A stretch of DNA of 64,000 nt from a candidate division WS6 bacterium OLB20 (GTDB lineage: Bacteria; Patescibacteriota; Dojkabacteria; B142; OLB20): contig JYNZ01000003.1 of assembly GCA_001567355.1 (NCBI GenBank), positions 466,263-530,262 on the forward strand, read 5' to 3'. The notes beneath the pieces are model-generated. The model made no database searches, had not been told where the DNA came from, and saw only the letters and a list, made by a program, of their open reading frames with translations. This document shows positions 8,046 through 18,397 of the stretch, in pieces; within the stretch, counting starts at the first letter, position 1, and each line of letters begins with the position of its first letter. The translations under genes were made by a program, and so were the position numbers.

Positions 8046-10406
8046 ATGACTGCCCAACCAGACTATGTCACAGTAGAGATGCTTGTTGCGCTGAGCAAGT
8101 ATCTGCGTCTGACCAACTATATCGGCGCCTCACAGCTGTATCTCAAGGACAACTTTCTGCTCGAAGAGGAGCTGCGCAAAGAACATATCAAGGAGCGCAT
8201 CCTCGGCCACTGGGGGACTGTCCCCGGACTGAACTTTATTTATGCATGTCTTAACATTGTCCTGCAGCATCACAGGCAGGAGATGATGTTTATTGCCGGA
8301 CCGGGACACGGTTACCCTGCCCTGCTTGCCAACCTGTTTGTCGAAGGCAGCCTTGGCGAGTACTATCCCGAATACAGACACTCGCGCAGCGGCTTTGAAA
8401 AGGTCATCCGCAACTTCAGCTGGCCTTCGGGCTTTCCCAGTCACTCCAATCCCGAGACACCGGGTGCGATCCACGAAGGCGGCGAGCTGGGATATGCACT
8501 CTCAACAGCTTTTGGCGCGGCATTTGATAACCACGGACTCATTGTTGCCTGCGTTGTCGGTGACGGCGAGGCAGAGACAGGTCCGACCGCAACCGCCTGG
8601 CACAGCACCAAGTTTCTTAATCCGGCCCGCGACGGAGCAGTTCTGCCGATAGTACATATCAACCAGTACAAGATCTCGGGTCCCACGATCTATGGCACGA
8701 TGACTGAAGAAGAACTTACCCTTCTGTTCAGAGGGTACGGCTACGACCCCGTTATCGTCTCAGGCGACATGCTGTATGAACCGATGCTCAAGGCACTTGA
8801 TGATGCGGTGCAGAAGATACACGCAATCCAGGAACGTGCCCGGATCGGTAATCTTGAGGACCGGCCGCGTTTCCCGGTTATCCTCCTGGTCAGCAAAAAG
8901 GGCTGGACTGGACCAAAGGAGTACAAGGGAATGCCGATTGAAGACTCATTCCGCTCGCATGGAATCCCTCTGGAACATGTTCATGACGATGATGTGCAGT
9001 TCAACATTCTCAAGGAGTGGCTCGAAAGCTACAACATCCGCGAACTGCTTGATGACAGCTTTGAACCTATTGCAGAAATTAAAGACCTGATACCTGACAG
9101 TGATCTGAGGATGGGAATGACAAAGCATGGCAATGGTGGCAGGATCAGGCGTCCGCTTGAACTTCCCGATCTCAAAACGCTTGAACTGGCAATCGAACAG
9201 CCGGGTAAGACCAAGGCAAGCAACATGGGCAAACTGGGTGAATATCTTCGCGATACACTGCGCGGCAACCCGCATACCTTCCGCGTCATGTCACCTGATG
9301 AGACAGAGTCCAACAAGATGCATGCGCTGTTTGAGGTTACAAAGCGCGGTTACATGTGGCCCGTTCCGCACGGATCAGAGAACATCGGACCTGACGGAAG
9401 AGTTATGGAAATTCTCTCTGAACACACTTTGCAGGGCTGGCTTCAGGGTTACCTGCTGACCGGCAGACACGGTATCTTTATCAGCTACGAGGCATTCATG
9501 ATGATCGTGGCCAGCATGGTTGACCAGTATGTAAAGTTTCTCACCCAGATGGACAACATCAGCTGGCGCGAACCGGTGCCGTCGATGAATATCGTTCTTA
9601 CCAGCACTGCATGGAGACAGGACCATAACGGATTTTCACATCAGAACCCCGGTTTTATCAGCTCGGTACTCGACGACCAGAGCAACAAGATCAATGTCCA
9701 CTTCCCTGCTGATGCAAATATGCTGATCGCTACAATGGAGGAATGTTTCAACTCTACAAACGTGGTCAACGTGATAGTTACAGGTAAACGCGATCTGCCG
9801 CAGTACATGACTGTAGCCGAAGCCCGGGAGCACATCTCGCGAGGCATTAACCGCTGGCAGTGGGCAGGCAACAGCGACACCGATCCTGATGTCGTTTTTG
9901 CGGCCAGCGGAGATTATGCAACGTTTGAGGCACTTGCTGCCATAAAACTGCTTAAGGAGCATGCACCCGAGCTGCATACCCGTTTTGTAAATGTCAGCGA
10001 ACTGACATGCTTCGGCATCGGCGATAACAACAATATGAGCAGGATCACTCTTGACGGATTCCGCGAGCTGTTCACTGCAGACCGCGAAATCATCTACACC
10101 TACCATGGCTACCCGGAGGACATCAAACACCTCATCTTCAACCACCCTGATGCCAGACGTTTTCATATCCGCGGCTATAGCGAGCATGGCACCACAACAA
10201 CACCGTTTGACATGCAGGTCGTAAACAAAACAGACCGTTACCATCTTGCGCTGGAGGCAATTGATTATGCCTGTGCTCACAACAACGAGCTGCTGGCCAG
10301 GCGCGGTGAGGCTGAAGAATACTTCAAGAGCATGCTGAAGAAACATGAGGAATACATTGTCCAGCATGGTGTAGACATTCCCGAAGTCCGTGAATTTAAG
10401 CTCTGA
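8046..10406 (+). CDS. xfp: Xylulose-5-phosphate/fructose-6-phosphate phosphoketolase
   Basis: Signatures GHWGTVPGLNFIY and GPGHGYPALLANLFVEGS, with a TPP-enzyme length of about 790 aa. ATG at 8046 is preferred over the TTG at 8013. Confidence 0.9.
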   Translation: MTAQPDYVTVEMLVALSKYLRLTNYIGASQLYLKDNFLLEEELRKEHIKERILGHWGTVPGLNFIYACLNIVLQHHRQEMMFIAGPGHGYPALLANLFVEGSLGEYYPEYRHSRSGFEKVIRNFSWPSGFPSHSNPETPGAIHEGGELGYALSTAFGAAFDNHGLIVACVVGDGEAETGPTATAWHSTKFLNPARDGAVLPIVHINQYKISGPTIYGTMTEEELTLLFRGYGYDPVIVSGDMLYEPMLKALDDAVQKIHAIQERARIGNLEDRPRFPVILLVSKKGWTGPKEYKGMPIEDSFRSHGIPLEHVHDDDVQFNILKEWLESYNIRELLDDSFEPIAEIKDLIPDSDLRMGMTKHGNGGRIRRPLELPDLKTLELAIEQPGKTKASNMGKLGEYLRDTLRGNPHTFRVMSPDETESNKMHALFEVTKRGYMWPVPHGSENIGPDGRVMEILSEHTLQGWLQGYLLTGRHGIFISYEAFMMIVASMVDQYVKFLTQMDNISWREPVPSMNIVLTSTAWRQDHNGFSHQNPGFISSVLDDQSNKINVHFPADANMLIATMEECFNSTNVVNVIVTGKRDLPQYMTVAEAREHISRGINRWQWAGNSDTDPDVVFAASGDYATFEALAAIKLLKEHAPELHTRFVNVSELTCFGIGDNNNMSRITLDGFRELFTADREIIYTYHGYPEDIKHLIFNHPDARRFHIRGYSEHGTTTTPFDMQVVNKTDRYHLALEAIDYACAHNNELLARRGEAEEYFKSMLKKHEEYIVQHGVDIPEVREFKL

Positions 10407-11569
10407 TGGCAACGCTTGTTATCAATGCCGGCAGCACAACGATCAAGTACAAGCTGTTTGACAGCTCGCTGCTCGAAATCCTGTCCGGTGTAATCGACAA
10501 TACGTCTCACGGTGTGACAAGCGAGCTGAAGAAGCATGGAAAGACCTATGAATGGGAACTTAGCGCAGATGAGTTTCAGCATCCTGCACAGGTTCTCATG
10601 AAGGAGCTGACCGATTACCATGTCGATCTAATTGGTTTTCGGGTCGTTCACGGCGGCGAAGAGTTTATTCATCCGACACGGATCACTGATGACGTTCTTA
10701 AAAGCCTGGACGGGTTAAGCGACCTGGCTCCGCTGCATAACCCGCCCGCGGTTCGTGTCATCAGCGATTTCAGGCAGGTCATGCCTGATGTTCCCATGTA
10801 TGCGGTTTTTGATACAGCATTTCACGCCAGTATGCCACCTGAGTCATATATTTACTCAATCCCCTATCATTACTATCAGGAAGACAAGATCCGAAAGTAT
10901 GGCTTTCACGGTACTTCACATAAATATGTATACAACCGCATCCGCCAGCTTGAAGAACGTACAGGAAAAGTAATCACCTGCCATCTGGGCGGTGGTGCCA
11001 GTATAACCGCAATCCGCGACGGCTCTGTGCTTGATACCTCAATGGGCTTTACTCCCCTTGAAGGACTTACGATGGCGACCCGCAGCGGTGATATTGATGC
11101 GGGTGTGGTACTGCATATGGCACGCACACTAGGCATGTCACCTGACCGGATCAACTCGGTCCTCAACCGGGAAAGCGGGCTGCTTGGTCTATCCGGCACA
11201 ACGTCAGATATGCGCACACTGCTCGAGCAGGAACAGGATGGTGACCAGCGGGCCGGACTGGCAATAGAAACGTACATCTACGACATCAAGCGCTACATCG
11301 GCAGCTACACAGCCGTGCTTGAAGGCCTTGATGCACTAGTGTTTACGGCTGGTGTCGGTCAGGGATCCGACGTCATCCGCAAACGTATCTGCGCAGGACT
11401 TGATATCTTCGGCATCAGGATCGATGACGCTGCCAACGACGGCGCCCACAATGTCAAAACCGAGCTGAAGATAAGCTCTAAAGACTCTATCCCTGTCTGG
11501 GTCATACCCACTAATGAAGAATGGCAGATAGCCGAGGAGGTGACTGCCGCACACGCTGAGTATTCCTGA
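10406..11569 (+). CDS. ackA: Acetate kinase
   Basis: MATLVINAGSTTIKYKLF is the acetate/propionate kinase N-terminal motif. The start overlaps the xfp stop by 1 nt, forming a phosphoketolase-acetate kinase operon. Confidence 0.9.
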   Translation: MATLVINAGSTTIKYKLFDSSLLEILSGVIDNTSHGVTSELKKHGKTYEWELSADEFQHPAQVLMKELTDYHVDLIGFRVVHGGEEFIHPTRITDDVLKSLDGLSDLAPLHNPPAVRVISDFRQVMPDVPMYAVFDTAFHASMPPESYIYSIPYHYYQEDKIRKYGFHGTSHKYVYNRIRQLEERTGKVITCHLGGGASITAIRDGSVLDTSMGFTPLEGLTMATRSGDIDAGVVLHMARTLGMSPDRINSVLNRESGLLGLSGTTSDMRTLLEQEQDGDQRAGLAIETYIYDIKRYIGSYTAVLEGLDALVFTAGVGQGSDVIRKRICAGLDIFGIRIDDAANDGAHNVKTELKISSKDSIPVWVIPTNEEWQIAEEVTAAHAEYS

Positions 11570-11930
11570 CTGTCTTTACTGCTGAGGCTGCTGCGGAGTG
11601 GCAGGGCCTTGTCCCTGAGGATGCGGTGCCGGCGGAAGATGCTGCCAGCCCTGCGTATGTTCGGGCAGCAGGTGTGACGGGTCCCGGCTGAGATCCGGTG
11701 TCTGACCAGAATCGGTTGCCACCTGAGACGTCTGCTGTTCGCCGGGTTGCTGCTGCGGAGTGCCAGCAACAGGTACCTGCGGAGCAATCAGATGCGGCGC
11801 GCGTACCGGGCTGACCGGCTACCGGTGCCGGCATTGGCGCAGCTACCGCCGGCTGAGCAGGGGTCTTCTTTCTTTTCACCGCGATAAACAGCGCTATCCG
11901 CAGAATAAAGACCAGCATGACAAACACCAG
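11570..11930 (-). other. Pro/Gln/Ala-rich low-complexity coding tract with ambiguous reading frame, likely a C-terminal tail of the membrane protein 11894..12571
   Basis: Several overlapping minus-strand ORFs (11359..11787, 11511..11936) cover this GC-rich repetitive segment. A TM-like LLVFVMLVFILRIALFIAVKRKK appears in a frame different from the upstream membrane gene. Confidence 0.3.
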
Positions 11931-12571
11931 CAGCACAAGGCTTTGCGGCGGCAGCCCGTTAGGTTGCCAAGCCAGTTGCTCCAGCCAGCATAGCGCTTAA
12001 GTCCGAAGTGAATGACTATTACAGCATAGGCAAAGTAGCCGACATAACGCAATGTGTTGCGCCAGCGCACCCCGCCGAGTTCCACCATCGAATACCTGTT
12101 GGAGATCATTGCCATAAAGGCAAAGCTGCCAAGCGATACAACACCTGCCAGGAATGCAAGAGTATTAGGGACACGCACCCCGCCGATAACCCAGGCGAAA
12201 TCAAAATCAAAGCTGGGAAGCGGTGCTGTCGGAATGAAAAAGTAGTTGAGAAACGAGAACAGCGCGTGGCTGAGAATGTAGTAAAAACCGACAAGTCCCA
12301 GGTATTTACGGTACACGACGCGTGTATCAACAAAATCCCAGAAAAAGCTTAATCCCGAGAGAGCAAATGAGAGACCGATAAGATACATTCCGGTCAGTGC
12401 AAATACAATGTTGAGCTGGTACACGTCAAAGCGGACACCCTTTGCCACCTGATAAAGGGAGACGGCAAACACGACTGCGAATGAAAACAGCAATGTATTG
12501 ACCCAGTAATAGTTTGGATCTGTTTTAGTTACCTTTGCGGTGATCTTTTCGTGTCTGGTTTTAAACGGCAT
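11894..12571 (-). CDS. Polytopic membrane protein, possibly MsrQ/ferric-reductase-like
   Basis: About 6 predicted TM helices; weak resemblance only. Confidence 0.4.
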   Translation of the reverse strand: MPFKTRHEKITAKVTKTDPNYYWVNTLLFSFAVVFAVSLYQVAKGVRFDVYQLNIVFALTGMYLIGLSFALSGLSFFWDFVDTRVVYRKYLGLVGFYYILSHALFSFLNYFFIPTAPLPSFDFDFAWVIGGVRVPNTLAFLAGVVSLGSFAFMAMISNRYSMVELGGVRWRNTLRYVGYFAYAVIVIHFGLKRYAGWSNWLGNLTGCRRKALCCWCLSCWSLFCG

Positions 12572-12579
12572 ACCACATA

Positions 12580-13293
12580 CTAATACAGAAGTATTGCCGC
12601 GACAACAATTCCGGCAGTCTGCGTGCGCATCACCGGCAGGTTGAGATGAACAGGCTCGGCACCGTTTTCAAGAGCCAGCTGCTTTTCTGCAGGAGAAAAT
12701 CCACCTTCGGGACCGACACAGACGAGTACTTTATCACCACTGCCGAGAGACTCCTTGACCGATGAGATATCGACAGCTCCCTGCTCTTCACGTGCTGACA
12801 GAAACAGTTTTCTTGTGTACTCGCCAGAGACCGCAGCAGCAAAATCCTTTCTGACAGCCAGTTCCGGCAGCCAGGCCCGTTCGCTCTGACGTGCAGCTTC
12901 ACGCACAATACGTTCCAGCCGCTCTTCTTTGCCGTCGCGCAGCCTGCCCTGCCCGAATTCTGACTCAAACAGGATAAAGCCGTCGACGCCGACCTCGGTA
13001 TTCATGCGCAGGATATCGGTGATTTTGCCCGCCTGAGGTGCCGCCTGGGCAAGAATCACCAGGGGCCTTTCAGGCCGTTGCTCAAAGCGGTGTTCTGTTA
13101 CCTCTGCTGAGACAGATGTGCTGCTGACAAATGTCAGTTCGGCGGTGTAGATGTTCCCCTCCCCATCAAAAAATTCGACGGTGTCACCGGGTTTAAGCCG
13201 CAGGGTTTTGCGGATGTGTGCAACAGTATCGCGGTCGTCAATTGTAAGCCCGGCAGCATCAGCCTGCCCGGCAGGAACGAAAAACCGGTGCAT
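12580..13293 (-). CDS. rsmE: 16S rRNA (uracil1498-N3)-methyltransferase RsmE
   Basis: MHRFFVPAG start, the GDTVEFFDGEGNIYTAELT PUA-like N-domain, and a C-terminal SPOUT knot region (RTQTAGIVVAAIL). Confidence 0.75.
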   Translation of the reverse strand: MHRFFVPAGQADAAGLTIDDRDTVAHIRKTLRLKPGDTVEFFDGEGNIYTAELTFVSSTSVSAEVTEHRFEQRPERPLVILAQAAPQAGKITDILRMNTEVGVDGFILFESEFGQGRLRDGKEERLERIVREAARQSERAWLPELAVRKDFAAAVSGEYTRKLFLSAREEQGAVDISSVKESLGSGDKVLVCVGPEGGFSPAEKQLALENGAEPVHLNLPVMRTQTAGIVVAAILLY

Positions 13294-13296
13294 CTA

Positions 13297-13713
13297 TCAG
13301 TTGAACAGGAATGATCCGAACATACCGCCGATGAGCGTCAGGTAGACCACCTGGTACATCGAGTCAATGAGAAAGTGGCGCATCGTCCGCTTCTCAAATG
13401 CAAAGCTCATCATCATTCCGGTTAAGAACACAAGACCGAACATAAGACCGACAAGAGCGCCGTTGACGATGGTGTTTGCGTTTACCAGCAGGATAACGTT
13501 TGCAAGAATAAACGAGGTCAGCAGAGCACCAAGAAACGTAAACAGATAGATTACCGGATTCGGGTTAAGGTCAGACTTTTTAAAGCCAAGCTCCTTCATC
13601 CATGCTTTTCCGAAGACCGGCTCTGCATACCAGATAAAGCCCAGTATCATCGAAAATACCGCTGCTCCGATAACAGCTACCCAGTTCAACTGGAATGTAA
13701 TAAGACTCTCCAT
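13297..13713 (-). CDS. DUF1761-like small membrane protein
   Basis: Four TM helices; the pattern WYAEPVFGKAWMKELGF is typical of DUF1761. Confidence 0.45.
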   Translation of the reverse strand: MESLITFQLNWVAVIGAAVFSMILGFIWYAEPVFGKAWMKELGFKKSDLNPNPVIYLFTFLGALLTSFILANVILLVNANTIVNGALVGLMFGLVFLTGMMMSFAFEKRTMRHFLIDSMYQVVYLTLIGGMFGSFLFN

Positions 13714-13759
13714 ACCTGTTTACAGTAATATGTACAAAGTATTACATCTATAGTACAGT

Positions 13760-14899
13760 GTGCGCGGTATTTGTCAACGACAGACAATGAGCCATGAACC
13801 CCTGCGAGAAGATTACCCTGATGATGACTCGTACTATGAAGCGATGGATGCTTTTACCCAGCAGGATGATCCCTTTGACAGCATCTACCCGTACTACTTC
13901 ACAGATGTCAACTTCTCTCCCGACCCTGACCGGGTGAGTTCGCTGAACAGCAGCACGACGATCTGGAAAAAGAACAACCTCGGAAACATTATCAGTGCTC
14001 TGAGGCTGCTTGCCAGCAACGAGGACGGACAGCGTGCCGATTTTCTCAGACATCATATTGACCGTTCGGCCGCAGCAAAGCTTCTGCCGAAGGATTTGCA
14101 TGTCAATGACCTTGTTGAACGGATGGCAGAAGGCGTAAGTCACACACAAAGCACCGGACTCGGACGCTGGGAGGCGCCACCTCTGACACCCTGGCAGGAT
14201 GTTGCCCGATGCTGGCTGATTCTTAATGCAATAGATATACCCGAGAGAACAGAGCGCCCGCAGTTTGAAGTCAGCGAGGTTTACTACGACTTTAATGCAC
14301 AGGCTTCGCAGGATGCAATCCGCAGTGCGGTGATACAGGAGCACCTCCATATCCGCAGAAATGATGACATCGGCAATATCGCAGTGGCACGGATTGTCGG
14401 CAGCCCGGGCAGAAACAGGGGCGCTGTCTATACAGAGGCCTTACGCAAGAGCGGAGAACGTATTAAGCGGCTTAGAAAAGAGATCGAGGAGATGGACCCG
14501 GAAGACATCTATTTCCGGTCCCTGAAACAGAAGGATCTGGAAGTGGAGATCGCGATTGACGAAAGGATAGCGGAGATCGGTCAGCGCTTCTCCGAACTCG
14601 ATACACGTGCGGTTGATCACCAGGTCAAAGAAGCAACACTTGAGTTCAACCGGGCGCAGGATGCAGCGATTGCTGCAGCTGCAGAGTTTAAACAGTACGC
14701 TGACAGATTTATTCAGACCGGAACTGCCATTCCATCGCATGCCATTGAGCATATCTGGAATGAGGATCCAGACGATCCCCAGATATGGCAACGGGACCGG
14801 TTTGCGCGCAGGGTGTTTCGCCACCTCCCCAGACCGGGTCATTTCTACATGTTCGACAGCTCACACAACAGAGTACCGGTCGAAGAGGAGGCCGGTTAG
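13760..14899 (+). CDS. Hypothetical acidic protein
   Basis: Long ORF; no recognised motif; the start may instead be the ATG at 13787. Confidence 0.4.
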   Translation: MRGICQRQTMSHEPLREDYPDDDSYYEAMDAFTQQDDPFDSIYPYYFTDVNFSPDPDRVSSLNSSTTIWKKNNLGNIISALRLLASNEDGQRADFLRHHIDRSAAAKLLPKDLHVNDLVERMAEGVSHTQSTGLGRWEAPPLTPWQDVARCWLILNAIDIPERTERPQFEVSEVYYDFNAQASQDAIRSAVIQEHLHIRRNDDIGNIAVARIVGSPGRNRGAVYTEALRKSGERIKRLRKEIEEMDPEDIYFRSLKQKDLEVEIAIDERIAEIGQRFSELDTRAVDHQVKEATLEFNRAQDAAIAAAAEFKQYADRFIQTGTAIPSHAIEHIWNEDPDDPQIWQRDRFARRVFRHLPRPGHFYMFDSSHNRVPVEEEAG

Positions 14900-14906
14900 T
14901 GCTGTA

Positions 14907-15140
14907 TCAGGAACCGGCAGATGCCTTTCGCCCAAACGGAATTGCAATCCAGATACGTTCGTGGAGGTAGTACCAGAAGACCTTGATAATAAATTCCAGC
15001 GCTCCGATGCTAAGTGCGACAGTGATCTCACCTGTCAGTGCATACGAGATGACAGTAGTTATGAATGTGGCGTTAAAGCGCCAGCTGATGCCTTTGGCAA
15101 TACTTCGCAAATGGGTATCCTGCATGAGGTTTACATTCAA
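14907..15140 (-). CDS. DUF2061-like small membrane protein
   Basis: SWRFNATFITTVISYALTG matches the DUF2061 signature. Confidence 0.45.
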   Translation of the reverse strand: MNVNLMQDTHLRSIAKGISWRFNATFITTVISYALTGEITVALSIGALEFIIKVFWYYLHERIWIAIPFGRKASAGS

Positions 15141-15538
15141 ATGAAATCTGCAATCGTGCGTGACTCCATCCTGTCTGAGATGTAGTCACGAATTGTTCGA
15201 AACTCCTTGACGAGTTTCTTTTCACCCTCGATCGGGGTGTTGGCAAAGAAGAACTCGGAGACAGATTCGACGGGTGCAAGCGCACCGTCCATCAGTCGGA
15301 CAATCTCAGCCAGTGTTATCTTATCGGCTGGCATGGCAAGCTCATGACCGCCACTGTAACCGCGTCTTGATCTGATGTACCCTCCCCGCTTGAGCGCAAG
15401 CAGTATCTGCTCCAGATATTTTTTGGACAGATCGTACTGCGTGCAGATCTCCTGCGTCTGGACCGGTCCGTCCTTCTGTTCGCGTGCTATCATAACCAGT
15501 GCCAGCAAGGCGTATTCGCTGCGGGTGGTCAGTCGCAT
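15137..15538 (-). CDS. Rrf2 family transcriptional regulator (no Fe-S Cys triad)
   Basis: MRLTTRSEYALLALVMIA...YLEQILLALKRGGYIRSRRGYSGG is a classic Rrf2 wHTH. Confidence 0.75.
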   Translation of the reverse strand: MRLTTRSEYALLALVMIAREQKDGPVQTQEICTQYDLSKKYLEQILLALKRGGYIRSRRGYSGGHELAMPADKITLAEIVRLMDGALAPVESVSEFFFANTPIEGEKKLVKEFRTIRDYISDRMESRTIADFI

Positions 15539-15586
15539 AAGTCCAGTAAATCTATGTGGTGAATATACAAGAGCAGGATATGCCTG

Positions 15587-16879
15587 TCAATGATGATGGT
15601 GCGAATGTTCTCCGGCGGGATCCGGCTCAACACGCGAGAAGACCCAGGCGGCAATCAGGGTTGTAATCGGCACGGCAAAAATAAGCACACTGCTGCCGAT
15701 CAGAGACCTGATCACCTCTTCGATTACAAATTCGCTGTTAAACGTAAGCCACAGCGGCACACCGTTGTTGAGTGTAAACAGCAGCAGCAGCGGAAAGGAC
15801 GAACCGATATAGGCAAGAACAAGTGTGTTGACCAGTGATACGATGTGCTCGCGACCGATTGAAGAAGCCCTCGTATAGAGCTCGCGCATTGATAATTTGG
15901 GATTTGCACGCTTAAGCTCCTCGACCGCAGCCGCCTGCGCGGTAGTCACGTCATCCAGTACACCGAGCGTACCGAAGATAATCCCACCAAGCAGCAATCC
16001 CTTAAGGTTAATGGTGGCCTGGTTGCTGATCGTGAGCAAAACAGCCTCTTCAGATCCTGTCCCGAACAGCCGCGCCACGTCCACAAAGATCAGTGAAAGA
16101 AAAGCGGCGATAGCAATTGCGACCATCGTACCGGCGAGTGCCACGATAATCCGCTTACCAGCGCCATGCGCAAGGAAGTACGTCACCGAGGCTATCACAA
16201 CAGCACCGATAAGACTGACAACCATCGGATCGTCACCGATGACAATACTCGGTACGACATAGCTGGCAAGCACGTAGATGGTAAAACCAAGCCCTGCGAG
16301 TGAGGTCACACCTTTCCAGCCGGCAAACAGTACGGTGAGGCCGAAGAACACTACAAACAGCAGAAGTACAGACGGAAAACGGTATTTATCAGAGACAAAG
16401 AACATCTCCTGATCGCCGTCCCCCGTACTGGTGACTACAATCTCCTCACCAGCAAACACACGCTGTGCCTCCTCGGAGCCGAACTGGATCTCGTTTCTGA
16501 TCGGCACGATCTCACCCTTGCGTTCGCTGCTTGTCAGCTCAACGCTGAGTTCCTGATACGGATAGGCGATGCCCCCCAGGTCAACGGTACCTTCATCGGT
16601 AATCTCAAGCACCCGCGCTGTTGCGAATCTGCTCTCAGACCCTTCTGCAATCGGATCCAGAAGCCCCGACGCCTGTCGCTGCTCTGCAAGTCTCGTCTGA
16701 CCGAGCAGCAGCAGGACAAATGCGGCAACAATGGTAAGCGCGACAATGACCCTGGGTTTGCCCAGTTTGCGCCTGAGTACGTTCATAAGCATCTCCTGAT
16801 CGGTGTTGTGTGGTTTGCTGTCATCTGACATGGTATCTGTATAGTAGCAGATCGGCAGGCTGTTTGTTGCATCGGGCAT
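15587..16879 (-). CDS. YibE/F-like polytopic membrane protein with a His-rich C-terminus
   Basis: N-terminal TM, an extracytoplasmic domain, then about 8 TM helices. Ends in EHSHHHH. Confidence 0.45.
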   Translation of the reverse strand: MPDATNSLPICYYTDTMSDDSKPHNTDQEMLMNVLRRKLGKPRVIVALTIVAAFVLLLLGQTRLAEQRQASGLLDPIAEGSESRFATARVLEITDEGTVDLGGIAYPYQELSVELTSSERKGEIVPIRNEIQFGSEEAQRVFAGEEIVVTSTGDGDQEMFFVSDKYRFPSVLLLFVVFFGLTVLFAGWKGVTSLAGLGFTIYVLASYVVPSIVIGDDPMVVSLIGAVVIASVTYFLAHGAGKRIIVALAGTMVAIAIAAFLSLIFVDVARLFGTGSEEAVLLTISNQATINLKGLLLGGIIFGTLGVLDDVTTAQAAAVEELKRANPKLSMRELYTRASSIGREHIVSLVNTLVLAYIGSSFPLLLLFTLNNGVPLWLTFNSEFVIEEVIRSLIGSSVLIFAVPITTLIAAWVFSRVEPDPAGEHSHHHH

Positions 16880-16896
16880 TGCTGTATAATCAGACC

Positions 16897-17583
16897 ATGA
16901 ATGCAGCCGTACATGTAAAAGATATGTCTGTCAGCGCCTTCGGGCAGACTATCCTGCGCGATGTCAATCTGGACGTTGCAGCAGGATCTTTTACCTGGGT
17001 TGTCGGCGCAAACGGATCCGGCAAGACCACACTCATCCGTACTATTCTCGGTCTGATTGAACAGACAGCCGGTACAGTTATGATCGGGGGTAAACTGCGT
17101 ACCCAGCAGGTCATCGCTCAGCAGGTCGGGTACGTTCCCCAATACAACAGCATCGACAGGCGCTTTCCGATTACAGTCAAAGAGATGATCGAGCTTGCCT
17201 GCACACAGGGACCTGCCTGCCCTACAGATCCGGTGGGACATCTGAGAACATTTGACGCGGAACAACTGGTGGATCGTTCACTTGAGAAGCTTTCAGGCGG
17301 AGAGTTTCAGAAGGTACTGATTGCACGCGCCCTGGTTAACGATCCGGGCATTGTAATCCTCGATGAACCCGTCAACAACCTGGATCAGGAGTCACAGGAT
17401 ACTCTGCTGGCAAAGCTCAAGCAGCTTAACAGCATGTCCGGCAAAACCGTCATCATTATTTCGCATGATCATCATCTGATCGGAAAGCAGGATTCGGTGC
17501 TGCTGGTTGCAGAAAAGACTGTTACCGCTTCGAGCCCCGAAAAAGTCTTACATATGGAGGAGCTGCATCATCGAGATCACTGA
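16897..17583 (+). CDS. Metal (Zn/Mn-type) ABC transporter ATP-binding protein
   Basis: Walker A GANGSGKTT, ABC signature LSGGEFQKV, Walker B ILDEP. Confidence 0.8.
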   Translation: MNAAVHVKDMSVSAFGQTILRDVNLDVAAGSFTWVVGANGSGKTTLIRTILGLIEQTAGTVMIGGKLRTQQVIAQQVGYVPQYNSIDRRFPITVKEMIELACTQGPACPTDPVGHLRTFDAEQLVDRSLEKLSGGEFQKVLIARALVNDPGIVILDEPVNNLDQESQDTLLAKLKQLNSMSGKTVIIISHDHHLIGKQDSVLLVAEKTVTASSPEKVLHMEELHHRDH

Positions 17584-17602
17584 GATACTGACAACCCCGT
17601 TT

Positions 17603-18379
17603 ATGCAGCGTGCGATCACCGGCGGCCTGATCATTGCCGTCCTGTGCGCGTGCATGGGGGTCTTTGTCACATTGCGGCGCGAATCGTTTCTGGCTGATGC
17701 CGTTGCCCATGCATCACTGTCAGGTGTTGCGGTGGCATTTGTGCTTGGCTGGCAGCCAACCCTGCCGGCAATGGCTGTCGGAACGCTTATGTCAGTGGCG
17801 ATTGTCTACATCAAAAAGCGGACAACCATATCCAGTGACGCCCTTATCGGCATCTTCTACTCGGCACTGTTTGCACTTGGTGTAATCATTATCAACCTGT
17901 CACCGGTCTATCAGCCCGAACTCAGCACGTATCTGTTCGGTTCGCTGCTTGGCATCAGCCGCACGGACCTGCTGGTTTCGATCGTGGTTTTTGCTGTGAT
18001 CATGATACTGATACAGCGTCTCTACCAGAAGCTTGTCTTTGTCACCTTTGACTCCGAATCAGCATGGCTGCACGGGATCAAAACCGAGCTGCTTGAGTAC
18101 CTGCTTGCAATCATGGCCAGTGTTACGGTCATCATTGCTATCAAAATTGTCGGGATTATTCTGGTCACTGCACTGCTGCTTGTACCCGCATCCACGGCGC
18201 GTCTTATGGCAGGATCGTTTCGTGCCATGCTGCCGCTCGCAATAGCGCAAAGCATTATCGCAATGCTCGGCGGTATCATCTGTGCCTATCTGCTTGATCT
18301 TCCGATCGGTGCAACCATCGTCCTCATCTCAACGATTATTTTCATGGCGGTGTTCGTACTGCGATCGCTGCGCAGATAA
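17603..18379 (+). CDS. Metal ABC transporter permease (ABC-3 family)
   Basis: FMQRAITGGLIIAVLCACMGVFVTLRRESFLADAVAHASLSGVA is the ABC-3 (ZnuB/MntB-like) N-terminus. No substrate-binding protein gene is adjacent. Confidence 0.75.
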   Translation: MQRAITGGLIIAVLCACMGVFVTLRRESFLADAVAHASLSGVAVAFVLGWQPTLPAMAVGTLMSVAIVYIKKRTTISSDALIGIFYSALFALGVIIINLSPVYQPELSTYLFGSLLGISRTDLLVSIVVFAVIMILIQRLYQKLVFVTFDSESAWLHGIKTELLEYLLAIMASVTVIIAIKIVGIILVTALLLVPASTARLMAGSFRAMLPLAIAQSIIAMLGGIICAYLLDLPIGATIVLISTIIFMAVFVLRSLRR

Positions 18380-18397
18380 CTTATTAAACGAATCATT

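Noticed and set aside
9636-10412. 258-aa minus-strand ORF
   Set aside because: Antisense within phosphoketolase, whose motifs are unambiguous.
13748-14350. 200-aa minus-strand ORF
   Set aside because: Antisense to the longer 13760..14899 ORF; Cys/Arg-rich composition typical of a spurious frame.
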